From NCBI RefSeq assembly GCF_006345805.1, contig NW_021834184.1:1-51546 (forward strand): a stretch of 51,546 nucleotides of DNA. Reading direction: 5' to 3'. Source of the stretch: Octopus sinensis (Eukaryota). A program made the translations under genes and the position numbers. Positions 50,190-51,546 of this stretch are shown piece by piece. The notes under the pieces are model-generated. The model was not told where the DNA came from. It saw only the letters and a program-made list of their open reading frames with translations, and ran no database searches. Every line of letters starts with the position of its first letter. The stretch's first letter is position 1.

Positions 50190-50958
50190 ATTAACCCCTT
50201 CTTCTATAGGTATGAGGTTTGAAATTTGTGGGGAGGGGTAAGTCAATCATATTGACCCTAGTATTTCACTGGTACTTAATTCAGTCGACCCCGAAAGGGT
50301 GACAGAAGGCAAAGTTATCCTTGGTGGCATTTGAACTCAGAACGTAAAGAAAGACGAAATACCTATTTCTTTAGTACCCGCAAGGGGCTAAACACAGAGA
50401 GGACAAACAAGGACAGACAAACGGATTAAGTCGACTATATCGACCCCAGTGCGGAACTGGTACTTATTTAATCGACCCCGAAAGGATGAAAGGCAAAGTC
50501 GACCTCGGCGGAATTTGAACTCAGAACGTAACGGCAGACGAAATACCTATTTCTTTAGTACCCACAAGGGGCTAAACATAGAGAGGACAAACAAGGACAG
50601 ACAAACGGATTAAGTCGACTATATCGACCCCAGTGCGGAACTGGTACTTATTTAATCGACCCCGAAAGGATGAAAGGCAAAGTCGACCTCGGCGGAGTTT
50701 GAACTCAGAACGTAGCGGCAGACGAAATACCTTTTCTTTGCTGCACGGAGGGCTAAACATAGAGGGAACAAACAAGGACAGACAAAGGTATTAAGTCGAT
50801 TACATCGACCCCAGTGCAGAACTGGTACTTATTTAATCGACCCCGAAAGGATGAAAGGCAAAGTCGACCTCGGCGGAACTTGAACTCAGAACTTAGCAGC
50901 AGACGAAATACTGCTAAGCATTTCACCCGGCGTGCTCACGGTTCTGCCAGCTCGCCAC
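50190..50958 (-). repeat. Nested or tandem SINE A cluster with ~184-bp period
   Basis: gacgaaatac recurs at 50353, 50537, 50721 and 50902; the last unit (50190-50362) has the alternative short tail. Confidence 0.9.
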
Positions 50959-51079
50959 CTTATTCCATGTAATTAATGCCACTTATTAATACATCTTAAA
51001 ATAGATTGTAATCAGATGTTTATGCCTAATCATTATTATTCCAACAAAAAGTTGTTTAAATATTAATTAGCCAACCTAA

Positions 51080-51500
51080 TAGGTGCAGGAGTAGCTGTGT
51101 GGTAAGTAGCTTGTTTACCAACAACATAGTTCCGGGTTCAGTCCCACTGCGTGGCACCTTGGGCAAGTGTCTTCTGCTATAGCCTCGGGCCGACCAAAGC
51201 CTTGTGAGTGGATTTGGTAGACGGAAACTGAAAGAAGCCTGTCGTATATATGTATATATATATATATGCGTGGGTGTGTATGTTTGTGTGTCTGTGTCTG
51301 TCCGCCTAGCATTGCTTGACAACCGATGCTGGTGTGTTTATGTCTCCGTCACTTAGCGGTTCGGCAAAAGAGACCGATAGAATAAGTACTGGGCTTACAA
51401 AGAATAAGTCCCGGAGTCGAGTTGCTCGATTAAAAGGTGGTGCTCCAGCATGGCCGCAGTCAAATGACTGAAACAAGTAAAAAGAAAAAAGAAAAGAAAA
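51080..51500 (+). mobile_element. SINE family B
   Basis: Full-length match. Confidence 0.9.
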
Positions 51501-51513
51501 GATATATATATGT

Positions 51514-51546
<33 letters not shown>

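Noticed and set aside
21-51322. Dozens of short ORFs rich in YI/HT/CV/LSIY/poly-T/poly-V, or recurring as MSSNARGT.. and MLGGQTQ..
   Set aside because: They are translations of microsatellites or of SINE A/B copies on either strand, with no coding signature.

Overview
AT-rich, microsatellite-saturated animal genomic DNA. The SINE families, (TA)n/(CA)n/(TATC)n load and gene style suggest a cephalopod, probably Octopus (inference, not a database result). One complete protein-coding gene can be assembled by hand: a minus-strand SLC16/monocarboxylate-transporter-family gene with 8 coding exons (45747 to 24694; 1500 nt, 499 aa; all GT-AG, phases consistent). Its introns hold an authentic tRNA-Leu(UAG) gene and two stop-free L1/Tx1-clade LINE pieces, each bounded by (TATC)n arrays. 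The rest is a dense mobile-element landscape: at least four tRNA-derived SINE families, CR1, RTE and R4/Dong-like LINE fragments, a DD37D (maT) Tc1/mariner remnant, hAT MITEs, Helitron and Helentron non-autonomous copies, a Kolobok-like element, and many local tandem or inverted duplications. Best second-look items: (1) three different minimal hammerhead-ribozyme folds of Penelope/retrozyme type, one in a sense/antisense inverted pair; (2) the (TATC)n-associated Tx1-like LINE; (3) a SINE whose 3' end repeatedly lands on G(G/A)TA and which nests into its own internal GGTATTTCGTC site; (4) an MCT lacking the canonical Lys/Asp/Arg transport residues. Nearly all short ORFs in the supplied track are microsatellite or SINE artefacts. 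Coordinates were counted by hand, and repeat boundaries are approximate.
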